Shown in pieces: positions 38,696 to 52,057 of a DNA stretch of 64,000 bases. The stretch spans positions 260,958,001 to 261,022,000 of the forward strand of contig OZ024740.1 of assembly GCA_964016885.1 (NCBI GenBank). The letters are read 5' to 3'. The translations under genes and the position numbers were made by a program. The stretch is from Eledone cirrhosa. Taxonomy: Eukaryota. The notes under the pieces were generated by a model. The model was not told the DNA's origin and searched no databases. It saw only the letters and a list, made by a program, of their open reading frames with translations. Positions within the stretch are counted from its first letter, which is position 1. The number at the start of each line of letters is the position of its first letter.

Positions 38696-39519
38696 GTAAG
38701 TGATGTTTGAGGATTTTCTTTCTTATAGTTTGAGGGGTTGGATTGGGTGAGTACAAGGAAAAGAGGGAGAATGGGGGGGAAGGAAGGGTGGGAGGATGAG
38801 AAGAAAGAAGGAGGGAAGAAGGAAGGGAGGGGGGAAGGAATGGAGAGAAGGGGAGGAAGGAAGGGAGGGGGAAAAGAGGAAAGGGGGAGATGAGAAGGAT
38901 GAAAAGTAGGAAGGGAGGGAGGGAGGGAGGAAAGGCTGATTTAATGCTGGGTAGGAATTCGACCTTCCTCCAACATATTTCCTTTCAAAATTCTTTCCTT
39001 TCTGTTTGCTGTTGAATATCATCACCACCAATCCCACCACTATCATCACCATCACCACCACTATCATCATCATCATTATCACCATCATCATCATCACTAT
39101 CATCACCACCAACCACACCACTATCACCCCCCACCCCCCACTATCAGCATTACCCCCCCCACACCATTATCATCACCAACACCACTATCACCACCACCAC
39201 CACCACCACCACTATTATTATCATCACTGTCACCATCCTTATCATTACCACCATCACCATCACTACCATCCCTATTGTCATCATTATCACCATGACCACT
39301 ATCACCACCATTACCATCATCACCACTACCACCACCACCACCACCACCACCATCATCATCATCATGCCACCACCATCAACACCATCTCAACCACCATAAT
39401 CATAACTTACACACTCCCTCTCTCTCACTGTAGTAATTACTGTGATGTTAGTCAAGCCTCCCCCCACATGTACCCCAGTCCTTCCATAAGTTTATGTCAA
39501 TCAATTCCCATTATTTCAG

Positions 39520-39649
39520 GAGGTGTTCTCCTGCACCCCACCACCAACAGATTTTATATGTAGTCAGAAGAAAGTGATGAAAATAGAATTAATCCGTAAA
39601 AATCTCGATGTTTCGAATTACGACTTCAAATTAATTGTGATGAGAAAGG
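39520..39649 (+). CDS. CUB-like/TM/PPxY gene, coding exon 3 (CUB-like C-half)
   Basis: ttatttcag| ... AAGG|gtaagt; 130 nt, phase 0 to 1: EVFSCTPPPTDFICSQKKVMKIELIRKNLDVSNYDFKLIVMRK. Confidence 0.88.
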
Positions 39650-40400
39650 GTAAGTTTTTCATTTGTTTCTCATTTGCTTTTATTTTGAACATTTTGTTTT
39701 CACATTTGAAAAGAGGGTAATAGCTATGAAAGTAATTTTAGAGGAGTTCTCTCTGTTGCAAATTTTTGAGCTAGGTCTCTAGATTAAGGGTAGCATATTC
39801 CCTCCCACTTTTCTTCAAGGCTCTGAAAAGGGTTAGGGGTACTGCTCTTTCTTCTCTTACTAAACAGTAAAAATCAAACTTCAGCGTGATAGTATTTATT
39901 GTAGGGTATTTGGGCTTAACCATTTTGATACCAGCCCAGTCAAACGAAGCTCTGTTTCTATAAAACCTAGTTACACATTTTAAAGGGTTCTTATTTCTTA
40001 TTTAATTGAAGCCGTCTTTCAAAATAACCTTATTTAAGAACCATATTAAGTTAATATAATGGTTTCTGATTTAGGCACAAGGCCATCAATTTTTTTTTGG
40101 GGGGGGGGGGTGTTAAATTGACCTCGTTAAATTGACATTACTGGTACTTTATTTTATCGACTCTATAAGGAGGAAAGGCAAAGCTAACCTCAGTGAGATT
40201 TGAACTCAGAACATAAAGGGCTACAAAGCATGTTGCTGCTGCTCTACTGATTCTGCCATTCTACCACCCTATTAATATCTTGATATGAAATAATTAATAA
40301 TTTTAGTTAATTCCTAAAACTCCTACAATATTTTATTAAAATAGAGTGTATGTCATGAGAAATACATTAACAAAATGGTTGCTTTTTTGATTAGTTGAAT

Positions 40401-40815
40401 ATACTTTTGGATCTCGAATAATCGTCCCCCTCCTCACTACTTGTTAATTTTTTAGATTTTTTTCCAACCCCCACTCTTATTCCAACCCCCTCCCCCACTT
40501 ATTAAATTTTGCTAATCTATCTCCAGTAAAATTTTATTTTAAGTGGTAGCATTCCTGTGGAAATTAATTTTCTTTAGACATTAAAAAACATTACATATGA
40601 CAAAAAAAAACATTTCAAAAAATCTCATATGTTATAAAATAAATATGATGAGTTGGGGTCAATATGTAAACTAAACAACTAATTCTGTTTTTTTTAAAAA
40701 TTAAGGGAGACAACCAAACACCTGCTTATTCCACCCACCCACCTCCCACTTATTCCACCCCCACTCACCTCGCTTATTCCATCACCCCTCATAATTAGTT
40801 GGGGCCCCGAGAGTA
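40401..40815. mobile_element. MITE-like element; partial copies at 5453-5587 and 28412-28690
   Basis: Imperfect terminal inverted repeats atacttttggatctc / ggggccccgagagtat; internal sequence is shared between the three sites. Confidence 0.6.
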
Positions 40816-41216
40816 TTTGTGACATTATCTAGAAACCAGGTGAAGATGACAGCTATGTCCAGAGAAAGTATGTTGCTTCTATAAAAGAATGTCTGTGTTT
40901 TATTTTGTTTTATTCTGTTTAGTTATATGAAATTTTTATTTAATATCTTTATTATATTGGTAGATTGTGAGATGTCATAGAAGTTTGCTTGTGGTGGGTG
41001 TTAGTTTTCTATGTGAGTGTTATGTGTACAGTTATATATATATGTTTTTGTATGTGTGTGTATATATGTATGTATATAAATATATATATATATAAGCCAG
41101 AATCAGTTCCAGTATGAGCAAGACATGGTCAGCCGACTGGCTACTGCCCACAACAGGACAACCCGTCTAACCCATGCTAGCATGGAAGAACAGACGTAAA
41201 ATGGTGATGATGATTA

Positions 41217-41252
<36 letters not shown>

Positions 41253-41256
<4 letters not shown>

Positions 41257-41630
41257 ACATATGTTAACCTCGGTCTTTCTCTTCCAGTGTGTCCATGCAG
41301 GGGCTCCCACAGGAGCACTGAGTGCAGTGTCAACTCTGGATGTCGGTGAGCATGTCCAGCTAACCTCAGTTTCCTCTGTGTCACTTTCGAGCTGACTTTT
41401 CAGAGGCTCCCATACAGCTCTGAGTTCTTCATCCTCAGTATATACTGATTAACGTTCAGAGCCATCCTCAGCATTCTTGTGTAGCACTCATCCACCATCT
41501 GAGTGAGTTTCTTGGTCAGTGTCCAAGTCTCTTGAAGACGCAGGACATGGCAGCGATAATGAGGGACAGAGACCGCTGGAGAGAACTCGTCTATGGATCT
41601 TGGGAATTTGCCCGCCCTAGATAGATAGAT
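41253..41630 (+). mobile_element. Short RTE/RTEX-like insertion with inverted 5' segment
   Basis: 41253-41530 matches the reverse complement of ~55006-55283; 41527-41620 matches ~55303-55398 in sense. Confidence 0.9.
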
Positions 41631-42215
41631 ATATATATTTATATATATACATACATGAATGTATATATATATAAATATCATATATATAGTGATGGCGATA
41701 ACTTTGTTTTGAAAGGTTTTTGATATTTGATGAGGGTTATGTTGTTATAATATATATACATATATATATACATATATATATATTGCAAGAGTTGTCAACA
41801 TGAATGGACCTGTTATTTTTATCTAAAGACATTTTTTTCAATTCCAATCCGCCCGTCCCCTCAATCTATCTTATTTCTCATTCTTCCTTCTGATGAACGA
41901 CTAGCGTCCAAAACGTTAAGACCCTCTTCCTGCTACATCAAGCATTAACCTAATATACTGTACCAATTATGTTGTTATTTCTGTTTACCTTTTACATATA
42001 TATATACATTACTAAAATATAACAACCATCTTCCATTTCCATCTTCCATATTGGAGGAGCTTTAATTCAGATTTATATTTTGCGAAAAATATACCTCCAC
42101 CCTCCATATTGGAAGTACATTGCTTTTCATTTAAATATATAATATATGTGTGTTTCTAAAATATACCTAACAACCTCCATATCGGAGGTGTTTTACTACG
42201 ATCTTTTTCATCCAG

Positions 42216-42413
42216 ATAATGTACAACTAAACACAAGAGATGTCATTTCAGATGGGCCGATGAAAACTATCATTATAACAGTATTTGTTATAGTAATCAT
42301 AGGAATAGCGATCGGTGTTGCAATATGTTATTGTTCTAAATCTTTCTGCCAGAAGAGAAGCCCAACTAATGCCACTTATACTCAACAGCCCAATACATGT
42401 GTGATGCCCTCAG
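42216..42413 (+). CDS. CUB-like/TM/PPxY gene, coding exon 4 (transmembrane helix)
   Basis: ctttttcatccag| ... TCAG|gtaagt; 198 nt, phase 1 to 1; TIIITVFVIVIIGIAIGVAICYC followed by SKSFCQKR. Confidence 0.9.
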
Positions 42414-43059
42414 GTAAGTCTTTTCACAATCAATATTATTACTACTAGACTCTTAAATTTGTTAATGATCATTAACAAATCCAAAAGTCTGATGAGCTAT
42501 TGATTTCAGTCAGGCCCAATTGACAGAGATCGAACCTTGAGCTGATCAATCACAAAACGTGTGTCACACCTGAATAATCTTAATGGTGATACTCTGACAC
42601 CTTGTTCCTACTTATTAGTAATATTACACTCTGTTTATGAAGCAAACTGACCATAGTATAACACCAAATGTATAATACCACGTATTATATTTAAATGGAT
42701 CTACCTATACATCGAGTGCTCAAGTTGGTGAATCAACAGTAACATAAGGTTACAATCCATTAATATATATATATATATATATATACCCCTTCTTTGTCAG
42801 TTGACATACTTGGGATACTTTTCTTCTATTTGTATTATTTGCCTAATGGCACATGTCTCTGCCTGCTTTGTTTTGCCCCAATGTGCACTGGAGTGAATGG
42901 TATCAACCTTAATGCACTGAAACTGTAGTGATTTCCAGAAGTTGAATGAGCAGAAGAGTCTGTCCATATTTCTGTTGTATTTTTCATTGTCTTTGTACTG
43001 CAGGCTGCTGAAAAGACTTATGACTGGAAAAAAGCACCAGACAGACAGATGTGAACTGG

Positions 43060-44460
43060 TGGTGGAACCACACTGGGGATAGAGTTGTTAAAGAAAAGAG
43101 GAAGGTGTGGAAAGACTGGAGAAATAGGAGCAGTAAAGATATCAAGTAGCTATAAGAGAAGCTAGATAACAGGTATACATAGCACACAGAGAAGCTAAAA
43201 GCAGGAGGTTTTCCAATGTCGTGTGATGTGAAGATTAGAGATGTGGAGTGTACCACATCACTAAGCAGTATTCATGAAAACCAGGATGTTGTTGAAGAAA
43301 AGCGTCTGCAAAATGACATTGGTGCACTTAGTATCTCTGATACCCAAAAGAAAAAGACTGGGAAATGCTATTACTAGGGGTTGATGAATGTATAGTAAAG
43401 CTGATGGACTGTAAAAAATAGTTGCCGAGATGCTGCAAGCATCTGGGGATGTAGAAGTTGAGCTAATTAAACACCCACTTAATCAATTAGGTAGTACAAG
43501 ATAGAGTCATACACAATGACTGGTGTAGTAGTAGTATACTCATCAATTGTTACAAGGGAAAGGTGATGCACTAGAAAGGAACAATTATAGGGGTAGGTAA
43601 TGAAAGTAACAGAAAGAGTTTTATTTCTAATTAGTGAAAGAGTCAAATTAGATGAGATGCAGTTCACTTTTATGACAGGGAAAGTACTACAGATGCCCTT
43701 TCCTAGTGAGACAATTAGAGGAAAAGTTCTTAAAAATAAACCATTATATTTAGCTTTTGTTGATCTAGAGAAAGAATGTGACAGAGTACCTTGATTTGGT
43801 GGTCCTTAAGGAAACTAGGTGGAGGTGGAAAATGGACTGTAAGTGCAGTGCAATCCATGTGCAGAGGTACTGTCAGTAAGGTGAAAGTAGGTAGTGAATG
43901 TAGTGAGGAATTCAAAGTGCAGGTGGGTGTTCATCAGGGTTCAGTCTTCAGCCCACTTCTGTTTATCATAGTTCTCCAAGCCATAACAAAGGAGTTTAAG
44001 ACAGGTTGCCCATGGAAACTGTATGCCAACAACCTGCTTCTAATAGCCAAATAAGTGAAAGAGCTGGAGAAGAAATTTTGGCTTTGGAAACAGAATTTAG
44101 AACCAAAAGGGCTTAGAGTAAATATGGGAAAAACTAAAGTTTTGATTAGCAGGAAAGTAGCCAGGATTCTGATCCCAACAGAAAAGTGGTCCTGCTCAAT
44201 ATGTAGAAAAGGAGTATGATGCACACAATGCAAATCTGAGATACATATGAGGTGTAGCAGATGCACAGACAGGAGTAGAGCAGTAGTAAGAGCATCAGTA
44301 AAATAAATGTTTTCCAGTCACAGGAAGGCCTCATAGAAATGGTTGATAGCGGTTACCTAGGTGATCAAATTAGCAGGGAGGAGGCTTCACTGAGAGCTTA
44401 ATAGGTAGATGGAATAAGAATGGAAAAAGTTCAGAGAGCTGCTACCTCTTTTCTGGAAAC
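43060..44460 (+). mobile_element. Old, decayed relative of the PHD-RTE (intronic)
   Basis: YLAFVDLEK, VGVHQGSVFSPLLF, GCPWKLYANN; many stops and frameshifts. Confidence 0.9.
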
Positions 44461-44775
44461 CTGATGTGTGCAGGTGAGTTGGGAGACCAGCCACTAAGCT
44501 GAAGGATGTTCTTGAAGATGACACTAAGTTGGAAGCGGGAAAAATTCAGACAGTAATGCTAAACAGGGAGAGGGGGGGGCTTGAGGAGGAACTTTGTCAT
44601 GGGCACCAGTAATGGGTGATAGAAGAAGAAAATCCTTACAAACATTCAACTATTATTTGAAAATCATAGGTAGTGCATTTCATTTGAAATATGGTAGTAA
44701 TATATTTTTTGATGTCTTCTAGATTATCTTCTATATTTATTGACATTAATAAGAAAGTATCTGCTTCCTTTGCAG

Positions 44776-44849
44776 CTCCACCTCCTGAGACTTATGACCC
44801 TGTCGTGCTAGATATACCAAAAGAAGACCCTCCACCATACTCTGAATAA
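44776..44849 (+). CDS. CUB-like/TM/PPxY gene, last coding exon
   Basis: cttcctttgcag|; APPPETYDPVVLDIPKEDPPPYSE then TAA at 44847-44849. Confidence 0.88.
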
Positions 44850-44981
44850 TCTTGAATATATATATATGTATACATAGAATGTATGTGTACATAGAATGTA
44901 TGTATACATAGAATGTATGTATACAAAGAATCTATACAGACTTCAGGAAAAGAAAAACTTGTATAAATATTTAACATGTTC

Positions 44982-45264
<283 letters not shown>

Positions 45265-45412
45265 TACATGAATTTCCATGTTGAGATATCTTGATGCAAG
45301 AAATGTACTGTTGAATAATTGAATATATATATATCCTTTCCTGAAGTGTGTATACATTTTATTGGTGGACTCTGTATTTATACACACATACATACACATA
45401 TATATATATATG

Positions 45413-45449
<37 letters not shown>

Positions 45450-45514
45450 GCAGATATATAATCATTATCAACATCATTATAAGAGAAGTTGGCATGTTTT
45501 TGGCATTGCTGAAC

Positions 45515-45550
<36 letters not shown>

Positions 45551-45828
45551 ATGTGTGTATATATATGTGTGTGTATGTATGTGTGTATATATATATGTGT
45601 GTGTGTGTGTGTGTATTACAAACTCATACACACACACACACACGCACATATATAAATATATATATATATATATTTCTGAGTCTCATCTCTTAATGAGAGA
45701 ATCTTCTAACAGTACAAAGAGTATAGAGTCAAATTGCTATGATTTTTTTTTAGAGTGTTTTAGAGAGATAGAGTGAGAAATTGAGACATAGCAGAGAACA
45801 ATGATGAAGATGTTGATGTTGATGGTGG

Positions 45829-45873
<45 letters not shown>

Positions 45874-46333
45874 GGATAATGATGATGACGATGGTGATGA
45901 TGGAGATGATGATGATGATGATGGTGATGGTGGTGGTGGTGACGATGATGATGGCAATGATGATGATGATGTTTATGATGATGATGGTGATGATGATGAT
46001 GAGGAGGATGGTGATTAAGAAGAAGAAGTAGAGAGAATGAAACTTGAAAAACAGCGGAGAATTCTGGACTCTTCTGATAGAGATGAGTTAAACAGATGTT
46101 CAAAGAATTCTATTAGTATTCTAAATTATTGTAACTTATTTGTGGGGGAGACATCACAGATTATATTGTCCAAAATCTATATATCTATATTTACATATTG
46201 ATTCATAGTTCATACACAAGATATTACAACATTAGCTACCAATGGTTTCATGAAATATCAGATATATATATATATATATATAAAATATTAAATAAATAAT
46301 GAACAAACAATTCCTTATATTAAACAAAAAAAG

Positions 46334-46488
46334 TTCACTATTTAACGATCGTTTCTAGGGTATATATGTGCTATAATTGGTATGCATATTTAACAGATCT
46401 ATGTACAAAATTATACAAAATTATACAAATTATCAAGATTAAATATACATACCTAACTCATATATACGCCGTCTTCAGAAATAATGAA
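46334..46488 (-). ncRNA. Hammerhead ribozyme (inverted pLTR copy)
   Basis: Reverse complement of 51669-51823. Confidence 0.75.
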
Positions 46489-47024
46489 GTATATTTATTG
46501 ATAATAACAACAATTCAAAATATCAGTTCAAAATTGACCAATGAAAACACAAAGGGTTAAAAAGCAGTTTGGTGTGTGTATATACATGTAAAACCCTACA
46601 CGCATTTTACAATAATGTGTGTATAATATGTATGTGCATACTAAAAAGATGGATGCAAATAAAAAATTTCAAGGTTAATATCTCTGTAAGCTTAATGCGC
46701 TGATAATATACGCAATGATACTTATGTAGTCAAGCATATAAATATATTTTTTTCATACTCACACATATCAGTATAATCACACATACATGTGCGTATATAT
46801 ATAAATATACACATAACCACGAACACACAAACACACACACACCCCCCACTCACATTTATATATGTGGATATAAAATCATAAGCAAATAGAATTTAAGTCA
46901 CTCACATAAACACACTGGTACACACATTTCAAGATCAAGATACAGAAATTTGGTGGGAGGGGGGGGGAGGGGTCAGTGTTAGGTTGTGAGACCAGACAGC
47001 CTAATATAAATGTATCTATAAATT

Positions 47025-48443
47025 AAAGGTGGTTTATATCGTGATGACTGTCTTCTTCTTTCTAACAACCTTAGCCTTTCAGAAATTGAAAAAAACAAAA
47101 AGCATATTAGAACTTTCCTTAAGGACTATTATAATCTTAATATTACTTTTGAAAAAACAAGTAAAGTAGTAAATTTCCTAGATATAACTTTAGATTTAGC
47201 TACGGGTATATACCAACCTTACCATAAACCTAACCAAAACTTACATTACATACACTCACAATCTAATCACCCTAAATCTATCCTTAAAAACCTTGCATAT
47301 AATATATCACTTAGAATTTCTAACCTTTCTTCTAACCAAGATGTATTTGATAAAAATGCGACCTTTTATAATGAAGCTCTAGATAGAAGTGGCCACAAAA
47401 ATAGATTAGAGTATATAACTTCTACTAAAAATACTGAAAACATACAGCATAATATTACCAACAAACACCAAATGAAAGGTACACACCTAAATGCCACCCA
47501 CAATATACCCCAAAATACTAAATCTTCTAATATAAAGTATAGTAACCCTCAAAAAACTACTCATCATAAGACTATAATAAATATTAATAATAAAACTCCT
47601 AATAAAAAAGATAAAACACCTAAATCTACAAATATAACTAAAAATAGTTGTGGTGAGATCATTAACATTATTCCTCCTAGTAAAAATCATGATACAACAT
47701 ATAAAAATAATAAAAATAATAAACAACATAGAAACCGTAATAGACGAGTTACTTGGTATAATGCTCCTTTTAATTTACAAGTTAAGGATAATATTGCTAA
47801 AAAATTTTTTTATATCCTTGAGAAAAACTTCCCGCCAAACCACAAATACCATCAAATCTTAAATAGGTCTACAGTTAAATTCTCATATTCTACAACAAAT
47901 AACATAAAACAAAATATAAGTGCATATAATGCATATAAATGTAAGAAAACTATAAGTATACCACCAGTACATCAAATTAACAATAATATCTCCTCAAATA
48001 CAGAATTAACGAAAGGATGTAACTGTAGAAACAAAACAAACTGCCCATTAAAAGGGAATTGTCTTGTTAACAACATAGTCTATAAATGTAATGTTAAAAC
48101 TAAAGATTCTATTTGCTCATATATAGGAGCTACCTCTAACAATTTTAAGACAAGGTATAATACCCACAAACATAGCTTTAAAAATGCCGCACTGGCTAAT
48201 ACAACATCTCTAGCAGAAAAAATCAATAGTTATAAAAATAAAAATATAAAATATGATTTGACCTGGAGTGTGCTCAAAAGAGCCACCCCTTATCAAAATA
48301 ATAGAAAGGAATGTAGATTATGTTCCCAAGAACTATTTGAAATAATGAAGTCTAGGGATATCTTATTAAATAAAAGACAGGAATTAATTATATCGTGTAA
48401 TCATAAACTAAAAAAAACATTTAAATATTATAAACCTAATTAA
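47025..48443 (+). CDS. Penelope RT C-terminal part, thumb and GIY-YIG endonuclease (no start codon; frame extends 5' of the listed ORF)
   Basis: KGGLYRDD..VNFLDITLDL..SNHP..RIS..LSS; CNCRNKTNCPLKGNCL, IVY..YIG, FKTRYNTH, CRLC, LLNKRQE..CNH. Confidence 0.93.
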   Translation, partial: KGGLYRDDCLLLSNNLSLSEIEKNKKHIRTFLKDYYNLNITFEKTSKVVNFLDITLDLATGIYQPYHKPNQNLHYIHSQSNHPKSILKNLAYNISLRISNLSSNQDVFDKNATFYNEALDRSGHKNRLEYITSTKNTENIQHNITNKHQMKGTHLNATHNIPQNTKSSNIKYSNPQKTTHHKTIININNKTPNKKDKTPKSTNITKNSCGEIINIIPPSKNHDTTYKNNKNNKQHRNRNRRVTWYNAPFNLQVKDNIAKKFFYILEKNFPPNHKYHQILNRSTVKFSYSTTNNIKQNISAYNAYKCKKTISIPPVHQINNNISSNTELTKGCNCRNKTNCPLKGNCLVNNIVYKCNVKTKDSICSYIGATSNNFKTRYNTHKHSFKNAALANTTSLAEKINSYKNKNIKYDLTWSVLKRATPYQNNRKECRLCSQELFEIMKSRDILLNKRQELIISCNHKLKKTFKYYKPN

Positions 48444-50123
48444 TAATTTAATTTAATTTAAATGTTAGTTAACCTATAAATTTAATTTAATTAATATTTT
48501 ATTACAGATGAGAAAATATTATGTAATCATTAATTTTGAAAAACCTTTAAATATTACTAATATATATTCAGTAATTTAATTTATAGATTAATTTTAACTT
48601 ATTTTAACCTTTTATTATAATTTTTTAATTTAGTTTAACCTTTTATTATAAAATTTTTTTTATTATAATTCTTTTACAGATAAAATATAACAAAATAATA
48701 TCATGTATCCTATGACGGAGAAAGAATTTTTAGTATTATTGACCTAATTAATATACATTTTGGAAATATATTTATTATTTGGTTTTAGCTTTAATCAACC
48801 TAAAACTTTAATTTTAATTTTAATTTGCTTAAAATTAGTATCCTTGTACAGACGAATTGCAGAATTTCATGTAATCATAGAATGGGAGGTGTTTTTGGAT
48901 ATATACCTAGTTAATATATTCTGTGCAAATTTTTTGAAAAAGATATGTATATCTATATGTATATGTATATATGTGTGTATTGTATGTGTATCTGTATGTA
49001 TATTTATGTGACTATATATGTATGTATGTGTGTATATATATATGTATATATATATATATATATGTGTATGTATATGTATACGTATGTGTATGTGTATGTA
49101 TATGTATGTGTATGCGTATTAATTTTGATTTTTATTTGCATATAATTATATTATGCTATTGATGAAATACAATATCTGCTTTATGTATTGTATACCTAAT
49201 TAACATATACTAATTAACATATACTATTGAAATAAATATATAATTTTTAACTTAGTTAACATATAATTTATATGCTACTACCGATGTAATAATTTATTTT
49301 ATTTTTATTTGGGTTTCTTTTCCCTATTATTAACTTTAATTTAGTTATAATGTAATTAATAATCTACTACTGTTTGACTTCATAATTCTGCTTCAAATAT
49401 TATAAACCTAACTAATTTACACCTTGGAAATCAATATGTTGACTATCTTTGGTTTAGTTGACATATGATTAATGGTATACTTTTTTATTTTGTGATGCAT
49501 AGATTTCGTATTTCCTAACATTGAAAATATGTAAGAACATACATTGAATTAAGATATGGAAAATATTATAGGTTTCTTGAAACATATATTTACTTTGATC
49601 CCCTTCTCCAAACCCCCCCCTTTCCCCCATACTATTATCATCTGTTTTTGTAAGTGTATATGTATGAATATATGGGTAGATGGGTGTCTATATAGTTTTT
49701 TTGGTATTTATTTCTAGATATAAAAATACATATATGAGCATGTAAATATGAATGTAAGATTGAGTGTGTATATATGATTGTACATACATATGTATGTATA
49801 TGTATGTATATATATGTATTATATATGTACGTGTATGTGAATGTGTGGTATATATATGTGTAGGTATATGTATATATGTGTGTGTATGTGTATGCTTGTA
49901 TATAGGAATATATATGTGTGTATATATGTATATATGTATATGCGTGTTTGCATGTATGTGTATATGGGTTCTGTATATATTTGTATGTCTCTCTATTTAT
50001 ATGTTTATCTTTGTATCTATGTGATATATGTGTGTGTGTGTGCATGTATGCATATGTATGTGTTTGTGTGTGTTTGTATGTGTGTGTGTATATATATATG
50101 TATGTATTTGCGCACACTCACAT

Positions 50124-50158
<35 letters not shown>

Positions 50159-50245
50159 GGTGTGTATGTGTGTCTGTATGTGTGTGCGTGTGTATATATG
50201 TGTATATATATATATATGTGTATGTATGTGTATGTGTGTGTATAT

Positions 50246-50291
<46 letters not shown>

Positions 50292-50430
50292 ATATAGGTG
50301 TCTATGTGTGAATATATGTCTTTATTCGTATGTGTGTATTTATATATGTTTATATTTAGGTGTATGTATGTATGTGTATGTATGTATGTATATGTATGTG
50401 TATGTATGTATATTTGTATATGTGTGTATA

Positions 50431-50469
<39 letters not shown>

Positions 50470-50561
50470 CTTTATTATTATTGTAATATAACTTATGTGT
50501 ATATGTGTATAAGTGAGGTTGTGTATGTATATATACTATGTGTATATATAAGGGTAATGAA

Positions 50562-50598
<37 letters not shown>

Positions 50599-50694
50599 CA
50601 TGTCTGTATTTTACGTGTGTGTGTATATATATGTATATATGTGTATGTGTGTATATATGTATGTATATATGCATATATGTGTACGTGTGTGTAT

Positions 50695-50743
<49 letters not shown>

Positions 50744-50856
50744 TGGATGTTCGTATGTGTTTTCATGGTGGTATGAGTGTGGGATATATATGTTTATGTA
50801 TAAGTATATGTATGTGTATGTATATATATATATGAGTCTATGTGTGTGTGTGTATA

Positions 50857-50907
<51 letters not shown>

Positions 50908-51668
50908 ATGTGTTGCGCGTGTGTGTGTCCGTATTTTTATCTTTTTATATGTGTATGTGTATGTTCGTGTAAATGTATGTGTGTGTATGACAGTATAGGT
51001 ATGTGTGTATGTATGTATGTGTAGATATTTCTATGTGCGCGTACATGTATGTATGTGTATGTATATCTGTATGCGTATGTACATTATATTATATGTAATA
51101 TATTTTATTGTTTTTATTTTTTTATTTTTCATAATTTATAGATACATTTATATTAGGCTGTCTGGTCTCACAACCTAACACTGACCCCTCCCCCCCCCTC
51201 CCACCAAATTTCTGTATCTTGATCTTGAAATGTGTGTACCAGTGTGTTTATGTGAGTGACTTAAATTCTATTTGCTTATGATTTTATATCCACATATATA
51301 AATGTGAGTGGGGGGTGTGTGTGTGTTTGTGTGTTCGTGGTTATGTGTATATTTATATATATACGCACATGTATGTGTGATTATACTGATATGTGTGAGT
51401 ATGAAAAAAATATATTTATATGCTTGACTACATAAGTATCATTGCGTATATTATCAGCGCATTAAGCTTACAGAGATATTAACCTTGAAATTTTTTATTT
51501 GCATCCATCTTTTTAGTATGCACATACATATTATACACACATTATTGTAAAATGCGTGTAGGGTTTTACATGTATATACACACACCAAACTGCTTTTTAA
51601 CCCTTTGTGTTTTCATTGGTCAATTTTGAACTGATATTTTGAATTGTTGTTATTATCAATAAATATAC

Positions 51669-51823
51669 TTCATTATTTCTGAAGACGGCGTATATATGAG
51701 TTAGGTATGTATATTTAATCTTGATAATTTGTATAATTTTGTATAATTTTGTACATAGATCTGTTAAATATGCATACCAATTATAGCACATATATACCCT
51801 AGAAACGATCGTTAAATAGTGAA
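51669..51823 (+). ncRNA. Minimal type I hammerhead ribozyme with long stem II
   Basis: Stem I ttcattattt/aaatagtgaa (10 bp); CTGAAGA 51679-51685; GAAA 51802-51805; stem III C-GATC-G; GUU site. Confidence 0.78.
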
Positions 51824-52057
51824 CTTTTTTTGTTTAATATAAGGAATTGTTTGTTCATTATTTATTTAATATTTTATCTTTACTCTGTATACCGTTTATC
51901 TTTCACCGAAATTGGATTTTCATTACATCTCTTCTTTCCATGATATCCGGAATACATTGAGTTCTTCATACGGATTGGACACTACCGTAAACTCTTGGTA
52001 GATTTATCTACATATATATATATATATATATTTTTTTTCTTTTCATAAAATTGTAAC

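Larger units (their letters stand above)
46280..52007 (+). mobile_element. Penelope-like element (Naiad-type), 5'-truncated with inverted pLTR
   Basis: Inverted repeats 46280-47025 and 51132-51877 (the same 64-aa ORF appears on opposite strands) enclose an RT/GIY-YIG ORF and a long microsatellite-rich 3' region. Confidence 0.92.

Noticed and set aside
39006-39563. His-rich protein (also Asp/Met-rich ORFs at 34695-35031 and 45750-46103)
   Set aside because: (CAC/CAT/GAT)n triplet repeats in introns or flanks.
46366-46560. Duplicated 64-aa gene (also 51597-51791)
   Set aside because: Antisense ORF within the inverted pLTRs, with no coding features.
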